Shown: piece after piece, positions 1 through 10,028 of the stretch
How positions within the stretch are numbered: the stretch's first letter is position 1
Layout: the number at the start of each line of letters is the position of its first letter
Assembly: GCA_964202905.1 (NCBI GenBank)
Contig: CAXNJO010000004.1
Coordinates: 384,001 to 448,000, forward strand
Length of the DNA: 64,000 bases
From: Polyangiales bacterium
GTDB lineage: Bacteria; Myxococcota_A; Polyangia; Polyangiales; JADJQN01
Reading direction: 5' to 3'
Program-made: the position numbers and the translations under genes
The notes under the pieces: generated by a model
What the model was told of the DNA's origin: nothing
Databases searched by the model: none
The model's input: only the letters and a program-made list of their open reading frames with translations

Positions 1-1553
1 TCGGCGCCCTCGGCGAGCAGCGCGGCGCGGCCCTCCGCCGCGAGCGCCGCGCGGCGTGGCGCGAGCCGGGCGAGCGCGTCGGCGCCGATCGGCGCGCGGC
101 CGACGTCCTCGTGCCCGTGCCAGGCGAGGGGCGCGACGCCCATGCCGAGCGCCGAGAGCACGCCGCCGAGCGGGTGCGCCACGATGCGCCGCATCCCGAG
201 CAGGCGCGCGACCTCGCACGCGTGCTGGCCGCCCGCGCCGCCGAAGACGACGAGCGCGTGCCCACGAACATCGTGTCCGCGCGCGATCGACACGCGCCGG
301 ATGGCCTCCGCCATGCTCTCGTTCGCGATGCGAAAGAAGCCCGCCGCGAGCGATTCGGCGGGGATTCCGCTGCGCGCCGCGAGCCCGGAGAGGTGCGCGT
401 CGACGCGCGCGGCCTCGAGCGGGAACGGGAAGCGATCGCCCGCGAGCCGCCCGAGCGCGAGATCGACGTCCGTGACGGTCAGCGCGTTCGCGCCCTCGTG
501 CCCGTAGCAGAGCGGCCCCGGACGTGCGCCTGCGCTCTCCGGGCCGACGCTGAGCCGCGCGGCCTTGCCCGCCCCGACGACCGCGCACAGCGAGCCCCCG
601 CCGGCCGCGACCGTGTGGATCGCCATGACCGGCACGCGCAGCGGGACGCCCGCGACTTCGGCCTCGAAGCGCCGCTCGGGCGCGCCTTCGAAGCGCGAGA
701 CATCCGTCGAGGTGCCGCCCATGTCGAAGCCGATCGCGCGCTCCATGCCCGCGGCGCGCGCGACGTGACCGAGCGCGACGACGCCGCCCGCCGGCCCCGA
801 GAGGACCGCGTCGCGCCCCCGAAAACGCGAGACGTCCGCGAGGCCGCCCCCCGACTGCATCAGCCGCAGCGAGCTTCCCGGGAGCGCCTCGCGGAGACGC
901 ACGAGGTACGCGCGCAGCAGCGGGGTCAGGTATGCGTCGGCGACGGTGGTCTGGCCGCGCGCGACGAGGCCGATCTCCGGATCGACCTCGTGCGAGCAGG
1001 TCACGTCCGTGAATCCGACCGACGCGGCGACGCGCGCGATGTCCCGCTCGAACGCGGCGCCCGGCTCTCGGTAGGCATGGAGCACGAGGATCGCGAGGCT
1101 CTCGACGCCGCGCGCGCGGAGCGCGGCGAGGTCACGGGGCAGCGCGTCGACGTCCGGCGCGGTGCCCGCGGTGCCGTCGAACGTGCCGCGCGCGTCGGTC
1201 TCGACCACGTCGTCGCAGAGCGGCGGCGGCCGCACGACGTCGAGCGAGAACAGCTCCGGTCGGGTCTGATCGCCGATGCGAAGCGCGTCCGCGAAGCCGC
1301 GCGTGACGAGCAGTCCGACGCGCGCGCCGCGGCGCTCGAGGAGCGCGTTCGTCGCGATCGTCGTGCCCATGCGCACGTCGCAGGGCGGGATCGGCGCGTC
1401 AGCCGGAAGCCCGAGCAACGCGCGGATCGCGACGAGCGGGGCGTCGTCGGACGAAGGCACCTTCGCGACGCGGAGCGCGCCCGTCCCCGGCTCGCGCGCG
1501 ATGCAGTCGGTGAACGTCCCGCCGCGATCGATCCAGAACTGCCAGCGATCCAC
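1..1553 (-). CDS. 5-oxoprolinase / hydantoinase A-family protein (N-terminal part; runs off the window edge)
   Basis: Reverse complement from GTG at 1553 reads [18 protein letters not shown]; later [21 protein letters not shown] and [11 protein letters not shown] motifs typical of hydantoinase/oxoprolinase. Not in the ORF track because it has no stop inside the window. Confidence 0.9.
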   Translation of the reverse strand, partial: MDRWQFWIDRGGTFTDCIAREPGTGALRVAKVPSSDDAPLVAIRALLGLPADAPIPPCDVRMGTTIATNALLERRGARVGLLVTRGFADALRIGDQTRPELFSLDVVRPPPLCDDVVETDARGTFDGTAGTAPDVDALPRDLAALRARGVESLAILVLHAYREPGAAFERDIARVAASVGFTDVTCSHEVDPEIGLVARGQTTVADAYLTPLLRAYLVRLREALPGSSLRLMQSGGGLADVSRFRGRDAVLSGPAGGVVALGHVARAAGMERAIGFDMGGTSTDVSRFEGAPERRFEAEVAGVPLRVPVMAIHTVAAGGGSLCAVVGAGKAARLSVGPESAGARPGPLCYGHEGANALTVTDVDLALGRLAGDRFPFPLEAARVDAHLSGLAARSGIPAESLAAGFFRIANESMAEAIRRVSIARGHDVRGHALVVFGGAGGQHACEVARLLGMRRIVAHPLGGVLSALGMGVAPLAWHGHEDVGRAPIGADALARLAPRRAALAAEGRAALLAEGA

Positions 1554-1560
1554 GGCGCGC

Positions 1561-2235
1561 TCAGAAGGTGAGCAGCGGCTCTCCGCGGACCTTGCGCAGC
1601 ACGTTCGTGAACTGGTCGGCGTTCCAGGCGGCGACGTTGGTGGAGTCGACGCGCACGCCGTCGAGCCGCTGCACCCAGCCGATGCGCGTGACGCCCGGCG
1701 CGACCTCGAGCAACTCGATGGTGCCCGCCATCCGCCGCACGAGGCTCGATCCCCACGTCTTCTGGTAGGCGGCGATCACACGCCGCGGGGCCGCGAGCGT
1801 CCCCTCGACGACGCTCTGCCGCCACGTGAGTTCGAAGCTCACCGTGATCAAATCTTCGATGAAATAGCGGGTGGCGAAGCTGACGTCGTACTCGGGCTCG
1901 ACGTCCCAGCGCGCTTCGTAATAGGTGATGGCCCTGCGATCCGCGACGACTTCCGTGTCCTGAAACGCGTCCCACACCTGCGCGACGGGCGCCTTCACGT
2001 ACGCGTAGCCGTGCAGCCAGCCCCCGCCGTCGTCGTCACCCGTGACGAACGAACGCACCTCGGGGAAGGCGTCCGTCGGCGTCGCGGCGGGCGGCGTCGC
2101 GGTGTTCTCCTCGATGGGGATCAGGCCTTCCGGGAACTGCGTGACCACGTCCTCCTGACAGCCGCACACCCAGGCGGCCACGAGGAGCGCGGACACGGGG
2201 AGGACGAACACGCTTCGCAGGCAGGGTCGGCGCAT
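1561..2235 (-). CDS. Putative lipoprotein with START/SRPBCC-like fold
   Basis: Hydrophobic N-terminus ending VCGC; segment [14 protein letters not shown] resembles START/polyketide-cyclase N-termini. Confidence 0.5.
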   Translation of the reverse strand: MRRPCLRSVFVLPVSALLVAAWVCGCQEDVVTQFPEGLIPIEENTATPPAATPTDAFPEVRSFVTGDDDGGGWLHGYAYVKAPVAQVWDAFQDTEVVADRRAITYYEARWDVEPEYDVSFATRYFIEDLITVSFELTWRQSVVEGTLAAPRRVIAAYQKTWGSSLVRRMAGTIELLEVAPGVTRIGWVQRLDGVRVDSTNVAAWNADQFTNVLRKVRGEPLLTF

Positions 2236-2355
2236 CGGTCAGCAACATACAACGAGCCCGCGCATCCTGGCGAGGACGCGACGTGCGGGCGCGCGTGACG
2301 CGACGCGTCTTCAGCGAGTCCGTGCACGACCCGTGCGGCGCGCCATGCTGCGCGC

Positions 2356-3108
2356 GTGTTCTTCGCGTGGATCGGCACCCGCATGGCTGGACGCGTGCTC
2401 GAGACGGGGGACTCGCACGTCGAGACCCGCTGCGCGCACGTGATGGGTCTGCCGATCGTGCCTCTCCAGAGCTACCTCGTCATCGACGAGTCGACGGGCG
2501 CGTCGGTGGAGCTCGCCGACGTGCACGGTGCGTCGCTCTTCGCGGCGTTCGGGCGCAGCTGGGGCGCGGCGCTGACGGGCGCGAGCATCTTCGCGCTGTG
2601 GCTCGGCGTCGGCTCGCTCGGCCTGAACGCGGCGCTCGCCGTCGTCGGCCTCGCCGGGCTCTTCCTCGGCTGGCGCACCGGACGGCTCGACGCCGAGGAC
2701 CTCCGTCGCTACGCGCGCTACGCGCCGCACACGGGCCACGCGCTCGACCCCGTGCTCCTCCCGGAGCGCGCACGGATCGACCTGCGCGACGCGCTCTCCG
2801 AGGCGGTCATCGACGCCGCGGTCGTCTATGCAGGCGCCGGGTACCGCGAGGCGGGCTCGAGCCCCCACGACGCGTGGGAGCAGATCGCCCTTCGACCGGA
2901 GGTGCGCGACACCGCGTTCCTCGAGCGCGCGCTTGCGCTCGCCCGGCTCGAGGCCTCGCTCGCCGACGACGAGGCGACCCGCCGCCGCTTCGACGACGCG
3001 CACGAGGCGTTGTGGCGCAAACTCGACGACGTGTCGGAATCGTCGGCGAGCGGCGACGACGCCACCGCGCCCCACGTGCGCCCGACGCAGCCCACGCGCC
3101 GCCGCTGA
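2356..3108 (+). CDS. Hypothetical membrane protein
   Basis: 250-aa ORF with normal composition and a central hydrophobic stretch (ALTGASIFALWLGVGSLGLNAALAVVGLAGLFLGW). Confidence 0.6.
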   Translation: MFFAWIGTRMAGRVLETGDSHVETRCAHVMGLPIVPLQSYLVIDESTGASVELADVHGASLFAAFGRSWGAALTGASIFALWLGVGSLGLNAALAVVGLAGLFLGWRTGRLDAEDLRRYARYAPHTGHALDPVLLPERARIDLRDALSEAVIDAAVVYAGAGYREAGSSPHDAWEQIALRPEVRDTAFLERALALARLEASLADDEATRRRFDDAHEALWRKLDDVSESSASGDDATAPHVRPTQPTRRR

Positions 3109-3136
3109 CACGGCGCGGGGTCGCGGAGGCGGCGGG

Positions 3137-3662
3137 TCAGGCGACGTAGGCGCGCGCGCGACGGCGATCGCGCTCGAACACGGGCTCCATCGCCCGCTGC
3201 GCATCACCTTCTTCGACGAGGGTGACGTCGTCGTGGTCCGGGTGCTGCGCGGCGACCTCGAGGAAGACCTCCATCGCCTCCACGAGGGCCGACGAGCCCG
3301 AGCACGCGCCCCGGCAGCACGAGCACGCTGCCCCGGACCCGTGCGCGGGTCAGCGTCCCGAGCATGTGCGAAGTCGCCGAGCGCAGCACGTCCGCGTCGA
3401 AGCGTGCACGTGGGCCGAGCCCAAACAGGAACAGCTTCTCGAAAGAGAGGCGCGGACGTGCGGGAATGAGCACGCACTCGCCGCTGCGCCCGGTCACCCG
3501 TCCACGCAAGATCAGGCGCGAGACGAAGCCCGAGAGGCGCCAGTCGACGAGCCCGAGAGCCCCCGCGAGCGGCCTCTCGTCCTCGAAGAACGGGATCGAC
3601 AGCGCCTCGCTGCGGAGCGCGTCGAGGCGGCGCAGATCCGGCGGGACGAAGTGGACGTCCAC
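3137..3662 (-). CDS. Stand-alone M17 (leucyl aminopeptidase) N-terminal-domain-like protein; frameshift near 3290
   Basis: FFEDERPLAGALGLVDWRLSG...GECVLIP...LFLFGLG; continues in another frame as EAMEVFLEVAAQHPDHDDVTLVEEG...AYVA* ending at 3137. Confidence 0.65.
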
Positions 3663-3667
3663 GCGCG

Positions 3668-4078
3668 CTAGGCCTTGCCGACGTCGGCCGCGATGCGATC
3701 GAGGACGCCGTTCACGAAGCCCGCGCTGGTGTCGTTGCCGAAACGCTTCGCGAGCTCGACGGCCTCGTTGATGGTCACGCGGCGCGGTACGTCGGGCGCC
3801 GCGATGAGCTCGTACGTCCCGAGGCGCAGGATGTTGCGATCGACCCGCGCCATCCGCTCGATACGCCAGTGCTGGCTCACGCGCCGGATGATCTCGTCGA
3901 TGCGCTCGGCCTCACGCCCGCACCCGAGGACGATCCCGTTGGCGAAGTCCTCGCCTTCGCGGGTCCCGCCGAGGTGCGTCCAATAGAGCTCGACGGCGTG
4001 GCTCGCCGCGATGCCCGTCGTGTCGATCTGGTAGAGCATCTGGAGCGCGGCTTCGCGCCCCTTGCGCCGGGTGCCCAT
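3668..4078 (-). CDS. nusB: Transcription antitermination factor NusB
   Basis: RRKGREAALQMLYQ, WRIERMARVDRNILRLG, INEAVELAKRFG, FVNGVLD; directly downstream of ribH. Confidence 0.97.
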   Translation of the reverse strand: MGTRRKGREAALQMLYQIDTTGIAASHAVELYWTHLGGTREGEDFANGIVLGCGREAERIDEIIRRVSQHWRIERMARVDRNILRLGTYELIAAPDVPRRVTINEAVELAKRFGNDTSAGFVNGVLDRIAADVGKA

Positions 4079-4087
4079 CGTCGCGGC

Positions 4088-4567
4088 TCAGAACCCGTCG
4101 GCCGCGAACGCGGCCGAGAGGCTCGCCATCTCGATCGCGGACAGCGCGGCCTCCCAGCCCTTGTTGCCGGCCTTCGTACCCGCGCGCTCGATCGCCTGCT
4201 CGATCGTGTCGGTCGTGAGCACGCCGAAGATCACGGGTACGCCCGTCTCGAGCATCACGTGCGCGCACCCCTTCGTGACCTCACCCGCGACCGCCTCGAA
4301 GTGGGGCGTCGCCCCACGGATGACCGCGCCGAGCGCGATGACCGCCGCGAATCGGCCGCTCTTCGCGAGACGCTGCACCGCGAGCGGGATCTCGTATGCG
4401 CCGGGCGCGCGCGCGAGCGTGATCCGCGCATCCTCGACGCCGTGACGCCGGAGGCCGTCGAGGGCGCCCTCAACGAGCCGATCGGTGATGAAGTGGTTGA
4501 ACCGCCCGACCACGACCGCGAACTGCGCGCGCTCCGGCGCGCTGAAATTGCCCTCGAAAGTACGCAT
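4088..4567 (-). CDS. ribH: 6,7-dimethyl-8-ribityllumazine synthase
   Basis: [65 protein letters not shown] at 4577-4581. Confidence 0.98.
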   Translation of the reverse strand: MRTFEGNFSAPERAQFAVVVGRFNHFITDRLVEGALDGLRRHGVEDARITLARAPGAYEIPLAVQRLAKSGRFAAVIALGAVIRGATPHFEAVAGEVTKGCAHVMLETGVPVIFGVLTTDTIEQAIERAGTKAGNKGWEAALSAIEMASLSAAFAADGF

Positions 4568-4581
4568 CCGCCGACTCTCCT

Positions 4582-4666
4582 CTGTGCCTCGAAATTGGCT
4601 GTGGTTTCGAATTGGCTGTGCCTCGGAACTGGCTGTGTCCGGGCTCTGGCTGTGCGTGGGAACTGG
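4582..4666. repeat. Five tandem 17-bp direct repeats (CTGTG-N9-TGG) in the ribB-ribH intergenic region
   Basis: Units: ctgtgcctcgaaattgg, ctgtggtttcgaattgg, ctgtgcctcggaactgg, ctgtgtccgggctctgg, ctgtgcgtgggaactgg. Confidence 0.92.
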
Positions 4667-4689
4667 CGCGCGACTCGCTGAACCGCGCT

Positions 4690-5844
4690 TCAGTGCGTGA
4701 TGGCGTTCTCGGCGGCCGCGTGTTCCGCGCCCGCACCGAGGAGCACCTGCTCGACGATCTCGAGGCCATACGCGTCGACGCCGGCGACACGGCGCGGACG
4801 GTTCGTCAGCAGCCGGATGCGGCGCAGCCCGAGGTCCGCGAGGACCTGCGCGCCGATGCCGAACTCGCGGAGCACGAGGCCGTGCTCCTCCGCAGGCGGG
4901 ACGGGCAGCTCCTGCCCGGTGTGGAAGGCGAGATCGCGCGCGAGATCGACGCGCCCGGGCACGAAGAGGAGCACGCCGGCCCCCTCCGCCTCGATGCGCG
5001 CGACCGCGTCGCCCGCGACGAGACGCTGCCCGCCCCGTGCACCGAAGACGTCGCCGAGCACGCTCCCGGTGTGCACGCGCACGAGGGTCGGGCGCTGCTC
5101 GTCAACCGCGCCGAGCTGGAGTGCGAGGAACTGCCGGCTCTCGACGGCCGACTCGTACGCGTACGCTTTCCAGGTCCGGCCGCTCGGCATCGCGACCTCG
5201 CCCGCGAGCACGCGCGTCACCAGGCGCTCCGTCTGCAGACGGTATTGGATCAACTCGGCGATCGAGAGGATGCGCAGGCCATGCTGCTCTGCGAACTGCT
5301 GGCACTCGGGCATGCGCGCCATCGTGCCGTCGTCGTTCATGATTTCGCAGATCACGCCCGAGGCATCGAGACCGGCGAGGCGCGCGAGATCCACGGACCC
5401 TTCGGTGTGCCCGGTCCGCTGCAGCACGCCGCCCGGTCGCGCACGCAGCGGGAAGATGTGCCCGGGGCTCACGAGATCGGCGGGCCGTGCGTCCCGCGCG
5501 ACGGCGGTGCGGACGGTGTGCGCGCGGTCGGCGGCGCTGATGCCCGTCGAGACGCCGTGCCGCGCCTCGATGCTGACGGTGAACGCCGTGCCGCGGGAGG
5601 AGCGGTTCTCGTCGACCATCATGGGCAGGTCGAGCTGCCGGACCTTGTCCTCGCTCAGGGTGAGGCAGATGAGCCCGCGCGCGTGCTTGGCCATGAAGTT
5701 CACGGCCTCGGGCGTGACCTTCTCGGCGGCCATGCAGAGGTCGCCCTCGTTCTCGCGGTCCTCGTCGTCGACGAGAATGACCATCCGGCCGGCGCGGATG
5801 TCCTCGAGCGCCCGGTGTACACGTTCGATCGACTCTGCGCGCAT
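4690..5844 (-). CDS. ribB: 3,4-dihydroxy-2-butanone-4-phosphate synthase fused to a degenerate GTP cyclohydrolase II domain (RibBX-like)
   Basis: [40 protein letters not shown]-domain reads [14 protein letters not shown] with no Zn-binding cysteines. Confidence 0.93.
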   Translation of the reverse strand: MRAESIERVHRALEDIRAGRMVILVDDEDRENEGDLCMAAEKVTPEAVNFMAKHARGLICLTLSEDKVRQLDLPMMVDENRSSRGTAFTVSIEARHGVSTGISAADRAHTVRTAVARDARPADLVSPGHIFPLRARPGGVLQRTGHTEGSVDLARLAGLDASGVICEIMNDDGTMARMPECQQFAEQHGLRILSIAELIQYRLQTERLVTRVLAGEVAMPSGRTWKAYAYESAVESRQFLALQLGAVDEQRPTLVRVHTGSVLGDVFGARGGQRLVAGDAVARIEAEGAGVLLFVPGRVDLARDLAFHTGQELPVPPAEEHGLVLREFGIGAQVLADLGLRRIRLLTNRPRRVAGVDAYGLEIVEQVLLGAGAEHAAAENAITH

Positions 5845-5938
5845 CGCCTTGTCAGCCTTCCCGTGAGGGGGCGGGGGCCGACTGCCCCCGCGCTCTGCGT
5901 CTCCGTGTCGGCGCGTCCCGAGGGGCGCGCTGGGCGGC

Positions 5939-6604
5939 TTACAGATAGCCGCTGCGCGTGAGTAGGTCCAGCATTGCGCCGTCGCCAGCGCCCGCTGCCA
6001 CGTGCTTGATCCCATCCACGCCGGGGAGTCCGGAGAGCCGCGCCACGTACTTCGCGAGGACGTCCACCTCGAGGTTCACCGCGCGGCCGCTCGGACCACG
6101 GTCGAGGTGCGTCCCGGCGCGCGTGTATTGGACGAGCACGACGTCGAAACGGTCGCCCGCGGCGCCGTTCACCGTGAGCGAGACGCCGTCGACGGTGATG
6201 CTGCCCTTCGGCGCGAGGAACGCCGCGAGGCGCGCCGGGACCTCGAACTCGACCTTCAACGCCTCGCCGAGCGGCGTCATCGAGACGAGGCGGCCGACGC
6301 CGTCGACGTGGCCGGACACGAGGTGGCCGCCGAGGCGATCGCCGACGCGGAGCGCGCGCTCGAGGTGCACGGGCTGGCCGACGCGCGTATCCCCGAGCGT
6401 CGTCCGCGCGAGCGTCTCGGCGGACGCGTCGCACCGGAACCCGCCCGAGAGGATCTGGGTGACGGTGAGACAAACGCCGTCGGTCGCGATCGACTCGCCG
6501 AGCTCGAGCGGCGCGAACGTGCAGGCGATCTCGAAGCGGGCGCCGAGGGCACCCCGCTCCACGCGCCGGATCGAACCGACCTCCGCCACGAGTCCCGTGA
6601 ACAT
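5939..6604 (-). CDS. ribE: Riboflavin synthase
   Basis: Signature N-terminus MFTG; SIATDGVCLTV, LGGHLVSGHVDG, KGSITVDGVSLTVN, VNLEVD. Confidence 0.97.
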   Translation of the reverse strand: MFTGLVAEVGSIRRVERGALGARFEIACTFAPLELGESIATDGVCLTVTQILSGGFRCDASAETLARTTLGDTRVGQPVHLERALRVGDRLGGHLVSGHVDGVGRLVSMTPLGEALKVEFEVPARLAAFLAPKGSITVDGVSLTVNGAAGDRFDVVLVQYTRAGTHLDRGPSGRAVNLEVDVLAKYVARLSGLPGVDGIKHVAAGAGDGAMLDLLTRSGYL

Positions 6605-6672
6605 GGCGCGGGTTGTAGCGCCGCAGCCGCGCGGCGGCGAGGGCGGCGGCCTCCGAAGCGCGTTCGGCGCGG

Positions 6673-7410
6673 TCACTCGTCGCGCGGAACGAAGCCCTCG
6701 ATCAGCGTGTCGACCCCAAGCCGCGTGACGCGGACGTCGCGGAGCCGGAGCGCATCGGACAGCCTCGCGACGCCACGACCGCGCGCGAGCGGCACGGCCG
6801 CCTCGTCGCCGATCAGCACCGGCGCGACGAAGACGGAGACCTCGTCGACGAGACCCGCGTCGAGCAGCGCGCCATGCACGCCCGCGCCCCCTTCGACGAG
6901 CACGCGTGCGCCACCGAGGCGCGCCACCTCGCGGAGCGCGGCCCGGAGGTCGAGCCGCCCGTCCCCGGCGGTCGGCACCTCGACGAGCGCGACGCCCGGC
7001 AGTGACGAGAGCGACGTGCGCGCGTGTGCAGGCGCTTGCGAACCGTGGAGTATCACTGTCGACACGCACGAAGACAGATGCAACAGGCGCGATGTCGGTT
7101 GGATTCGCAGGCCTGTATCAAGAACGAAACGAACCGGGTCGCGCCCCCGAACATGGCGGACGTCGAGGGCCGGGTTGTCGGCGAGGACGGTCCCGACGCC
7201 CACGAGCACCGCGTCGCTCTCGGCCCGGAGCCGGTGCGCGCGGCGCCTGGCGGGCTCACCGGTGATCCAGCGGGAGTCCCCGGTGCGCGTCGCGATGCGT
7301 CCGTCGAGCGTGACGGCCGCCTTCAGGTGCACCCAGGGGAGCCCGGTCTCCGCGAGCCGCGCGGCTGCACGACGCCGCGCGTCCGGGTCGCGCAGCGCGC
7401 GGCCGCTCAC
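6673..7410 (-). CDS. ribD: RibD-family pyrimidine reductase domain only (no deaminase domain)
   Basis: [16 protein letters not shown]...[27 protein letters not shown] start overlaps the nrdR stop (GTGA). Confidence 0.85.
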   Translation of the reverse strand: MSGRALRDPDARRRAAARLAETGLPWVHLKAAVTLDGRIATRTGDSRWITGEPARRRAHRLRAESDAVLVGVGTVLADNPALDVRHVRGRDPVRFVLDTGLRIQPTSRLLHLSSCVSTVILHGSQAPAHARTSLSSLPGVALVEVPTAGDGRLDLRAALREVARLGGARVLVEGGAGVHGALLDAGLVDEVSVFVAPVLIGDEAAVPLARGRGVARLSDALRLRDVRVTRLGVDTLIEGFVPRDE

Positions 7411-8054
7411 CCGCTCCCCCCCTCGTCCGGCGCAGGCTGCTCCCCAGAGCGGGGCTGGGACGCAGCCGCGGCGAATGCGACGGGGCGGGACGAGGCGGCG
7501 GTCGACGGAACAGGCCCCGAGGGGGCAGGCCTCGACGCCACGCGGGTGGAGATCTCGGCGGGGGGCGCAGCGTGCGGCGCCATCGTGGCCCCGGCGCCCG
7601 TCGACGACTTCAGCAGTGTCGACAGCGCCTCCATGAACTCGTGGATGTCCTTGAACTCGCGGTACACGCTCGCGAAGCGCACGTAGGCCACCTGGTCGAG
7701 CTCGCGGAGGTGCGTCATGACGCGCTCGCCGATGGCCGAAGAGGCGACTTCCTTCTCGCCCGTCTCGACGAGCTCGCGCTCGATCGCATCGACGAAGCGC
7801 TCGAGATCTTCCGAGGAGACGGGGCGCTTCTCGACCGCGCGTCGCAGGCCGGCGAGCACCTTCATGCGGTCGAAGGCCTCGCGCCGGTCGTCCTTCTTGA
7901 TCACGAGCGGCAGGACCTGCTCGACCCGCTCGTAGGTCGTGTAGCGGCGGCCGCAGGACTCGCACTCACGCCGTCGGCGCGTGACCTCACCGCCCGCCGA
8001 CAGCCGCGAGTCGATGACCTTGTTCTCGAGGGTGGCGCAGAACGGGCACTTCAT
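7407..8054 (-). CDS. nrdR: Transcriptional repressor NrdR with a low-complexity C-terminal extension
   Basis: MKCPFC...VIDSR...[21 protein letters not shown] cone, [15 protein letters not shown]. Confidence 0.97.
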   Translation of the reverse strand: MKCPFCATLENKVIDSRLSAGGEVTRRRRECESCGRRYTTYERVEQVLPLVIKKDDRREAFDRMKVLAGLRRAVEKRPVSSEDLERFVDAIERELVETGEKEVASSAIGERVMTHLRELDQVAYVRFASVYREFKDIHEFMEALSTLLKSSTGAGATMAPHAAPPAEISTRVASRPAPSGPVPSTAASSRPVAFAAAASQPRSGEQPAPDEGGSG

Positions 8055-8098
8055 GCGCCGCCGACGCTACGATCGGCGCTCCGGCACCGCAATCGCAA

Positions 8099-9389
8099 TC
8101 ACCGCGGCGCCGCGCGGACCAGCCGCACGACCGACTCGACGTGGGCCGTCTGCGGGAACATGTCGAGCGCGACGGCCTCGTCCGGCGCGTAGCCGAGGGC
8201 GCGGAACCGCGCGAGGTCGCGCCCGAGCGTCGCCGTGTCGCACGACACGTACACGATGCGCTGCGGGCGGCGGCGCGCGATCGCCTCGAGCGCGTCGCGG
8301 GCGCCGGCGCGCGGCGGATCGAGCACGACCACGTCGGCCGGCCCACCGTCGAAGGCGCCCGCGTCGGCGGCGACCACCCGCACGGCGGTGAGCCCGCGGC
8401 GCGCGAGGTTTTCGCGGCAAGCCGCGACGGCCGCCGCGTCGGACTCCACCGCGACGAGCGCCGCCGCGCCGGGCGCGAGCGCGACGGTCAGGTTGCCGTG
8501 CCCGGCATAGAGTTCGAGCACCCGCTGACCCGCCGCGCCGGCGAGCCGCACGACGTGCGCCACCAGCGCCGCGTTGACGCCCGCATGCGCCTGCGAGAAG
8601 CCGGCCACCGCGCCGATGAGCGGCAGCCCGTCGGCGCCGACGGTGTGCTCGCGCGGGTCTCCCCAGAGCGCGGGGGCGACGGCCCCGCCCGCGCGCAGGG
8701 CGACCCCGGCGATCCCCGGCACGGTCGCCAGCGCCGCGCACGCCTCGAACACCGCCGTGCCTTGCGCCGCCTCGCTCGATACGACGACGACGGCCTCTCT
8801 CGCGGGTCCGCGCTGCGAGAGCGCGAGGTGCACCTCGCCCTCTCCGGCGAGGCGGGGCAGAAGCGACCGACGCACGGCGCCGAGCGCCGCCTCCAACTCG
8901 GGGGCGAGCACCGCGCAGTCATCTGTATCAACGACGACACTCGATCGGCGACCGCGGTAACCGAGACACGCGCCGCGACCGCCGCGGAACACCATCCTCG
9001 CCCGGCGTCGGTAGCCGAGCGGTGCGCCGACCCCTTCAATCGCGACCGGGACGGCCAGCGGCCCGACCGCATCCGCGACGAAGCGCAGTTTCCAGCGACG
9101 CTGCGCGTCGAGCGACGCGATCATCCACGGGCAGCCGCCGCAGCGCTCGACCCGCGGACACGCGGGCGCGACGCGCTCCGGCGACGCCAGCAGGATCGCG
9201 TCGATGTCGCCCGCGCAGCGCGCCGCCCTCGCGGCGGACCTCGCGCAGGCGGACACGCTCACCCGGGAGCGCCCCCGCGGCGAACACGACGCCACGTGGC
9301 GTGTCGAGCACGGCCTCGCCGCCGCGCGCGACGTCCCGAGCGTCGCCCTCGAGCGACGGCGTCGACGGCGGGTCGTTGGCAGGTGCCAT
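8099..9389 (-). CDS. rlmD: 23S rRNA m5U methyltransferase (RlmD/TrmA family); frameshift near 9205
   Basis: TRAM-like N-terminus (ALPGERV) in ORF 9036..9389; CPRVERCGGC, LELYAGHG, LDPPRAG, YVSCD, DMFPQTAHVE in ORF 8099..9295. Confidence 0.88.
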
Positions 9390-9395
9390 GCGTCC

Positions 9396-10028
9396 TCAGG
9401 GGAAGCGCTGCGCCGGGCGCCCGCGGTTGTAGAGGAAGTCGAACGAGCCGGAGAGCGTCGCGCGGCGCGCCTCCGGTGCGGCGGGGTCGACGAGCGTCAC
9501 GTCGTCGAGCGTGCCGACGATCGCGGGCGAGCCCCCGGCCGCGGGGTCGTAGACCTCCGCGAAGGTGACGGTGCCGCCGACACCCTCGAGGAGCACCGGC
9601 GCCTCGTGCCGGAGCGCGGGACAAGTCGCGTTGAGGTAGAGCGAGACCTTCAGCGCGTCGTCCCTCGACCCGGTCGCGACGGGGATCGGCGTCCCGCGGC
9701 CGGCCTCGAGGATGCCCCGGCTCGAGAGCACGTCGATCCAGAGGCCGTCGCTGCGCAGCGGCAGATCGCTCCCGCGCTGGATCCGGAGGTGGAGCCCGTC
9801 GCGAAGCCCCTCGGCGACGAAGAAATCGGGCTCGAGCGCCCAGGGCGCGTCAACCAGCCCGCAGTCTCGCACGGTCACGACCCCGCCGACCTCGCCCTCG
9901 CCCGCCCCCGGGTTGCACGACACGCCGGCGACCAGGGCGACCGCGAGCGCAGCGCGAACGAGCGTGGCGCGCGCGGCGCATCGACGTCGATCAGACGATG
10001 TAGCCACCGGCGACGACCTCCTCCCCAC
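9396..10028 (-). CDS. Putative lipoprotein (start uncertain)
   Basis: Hydrophobic stretch ending VAGVSC; C-terminus FDFLYNRGRPAQRFP; fills the gap between mnmA and rlmD. Confidence 0.55.
   Translation of the reverse strand: MGRRSSPVATSSDRRRCAARATLVRAALAVALVAGVSCNPGAGEGEVGGVVTVRDCGLVDAPWALEPDFFVAEGLRDGLHLRIQRGSDLPLRSDGLWIDVLSSRGILEAGRGTPIPVATGSRDDALKVSLYLNATCPALRHEAPVLLEGVGGTVTFAEVYDPAAGGSPAIVGTLDDVTLVDPAAPEARRATLSGSFDFLYNRGRPAQRFP

Noticed and set aside
4582..4666. 17-bp array as a CRISPR
   Set aside because: An 8-nt constant part and 9-nt variable part are far too short, the variable parts resemble each other, and there are no cas genes.
5845..8098. FMN riboswitch in the rib operon
   Set aside because: No RFN consensus seen; the intergenic gaps are too short.
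9190..9220. Programmed frameshifting in rlmD and other genes
   Set aside because: No slippery heptamer seen; the breaks are scattered and fit sequencing error.
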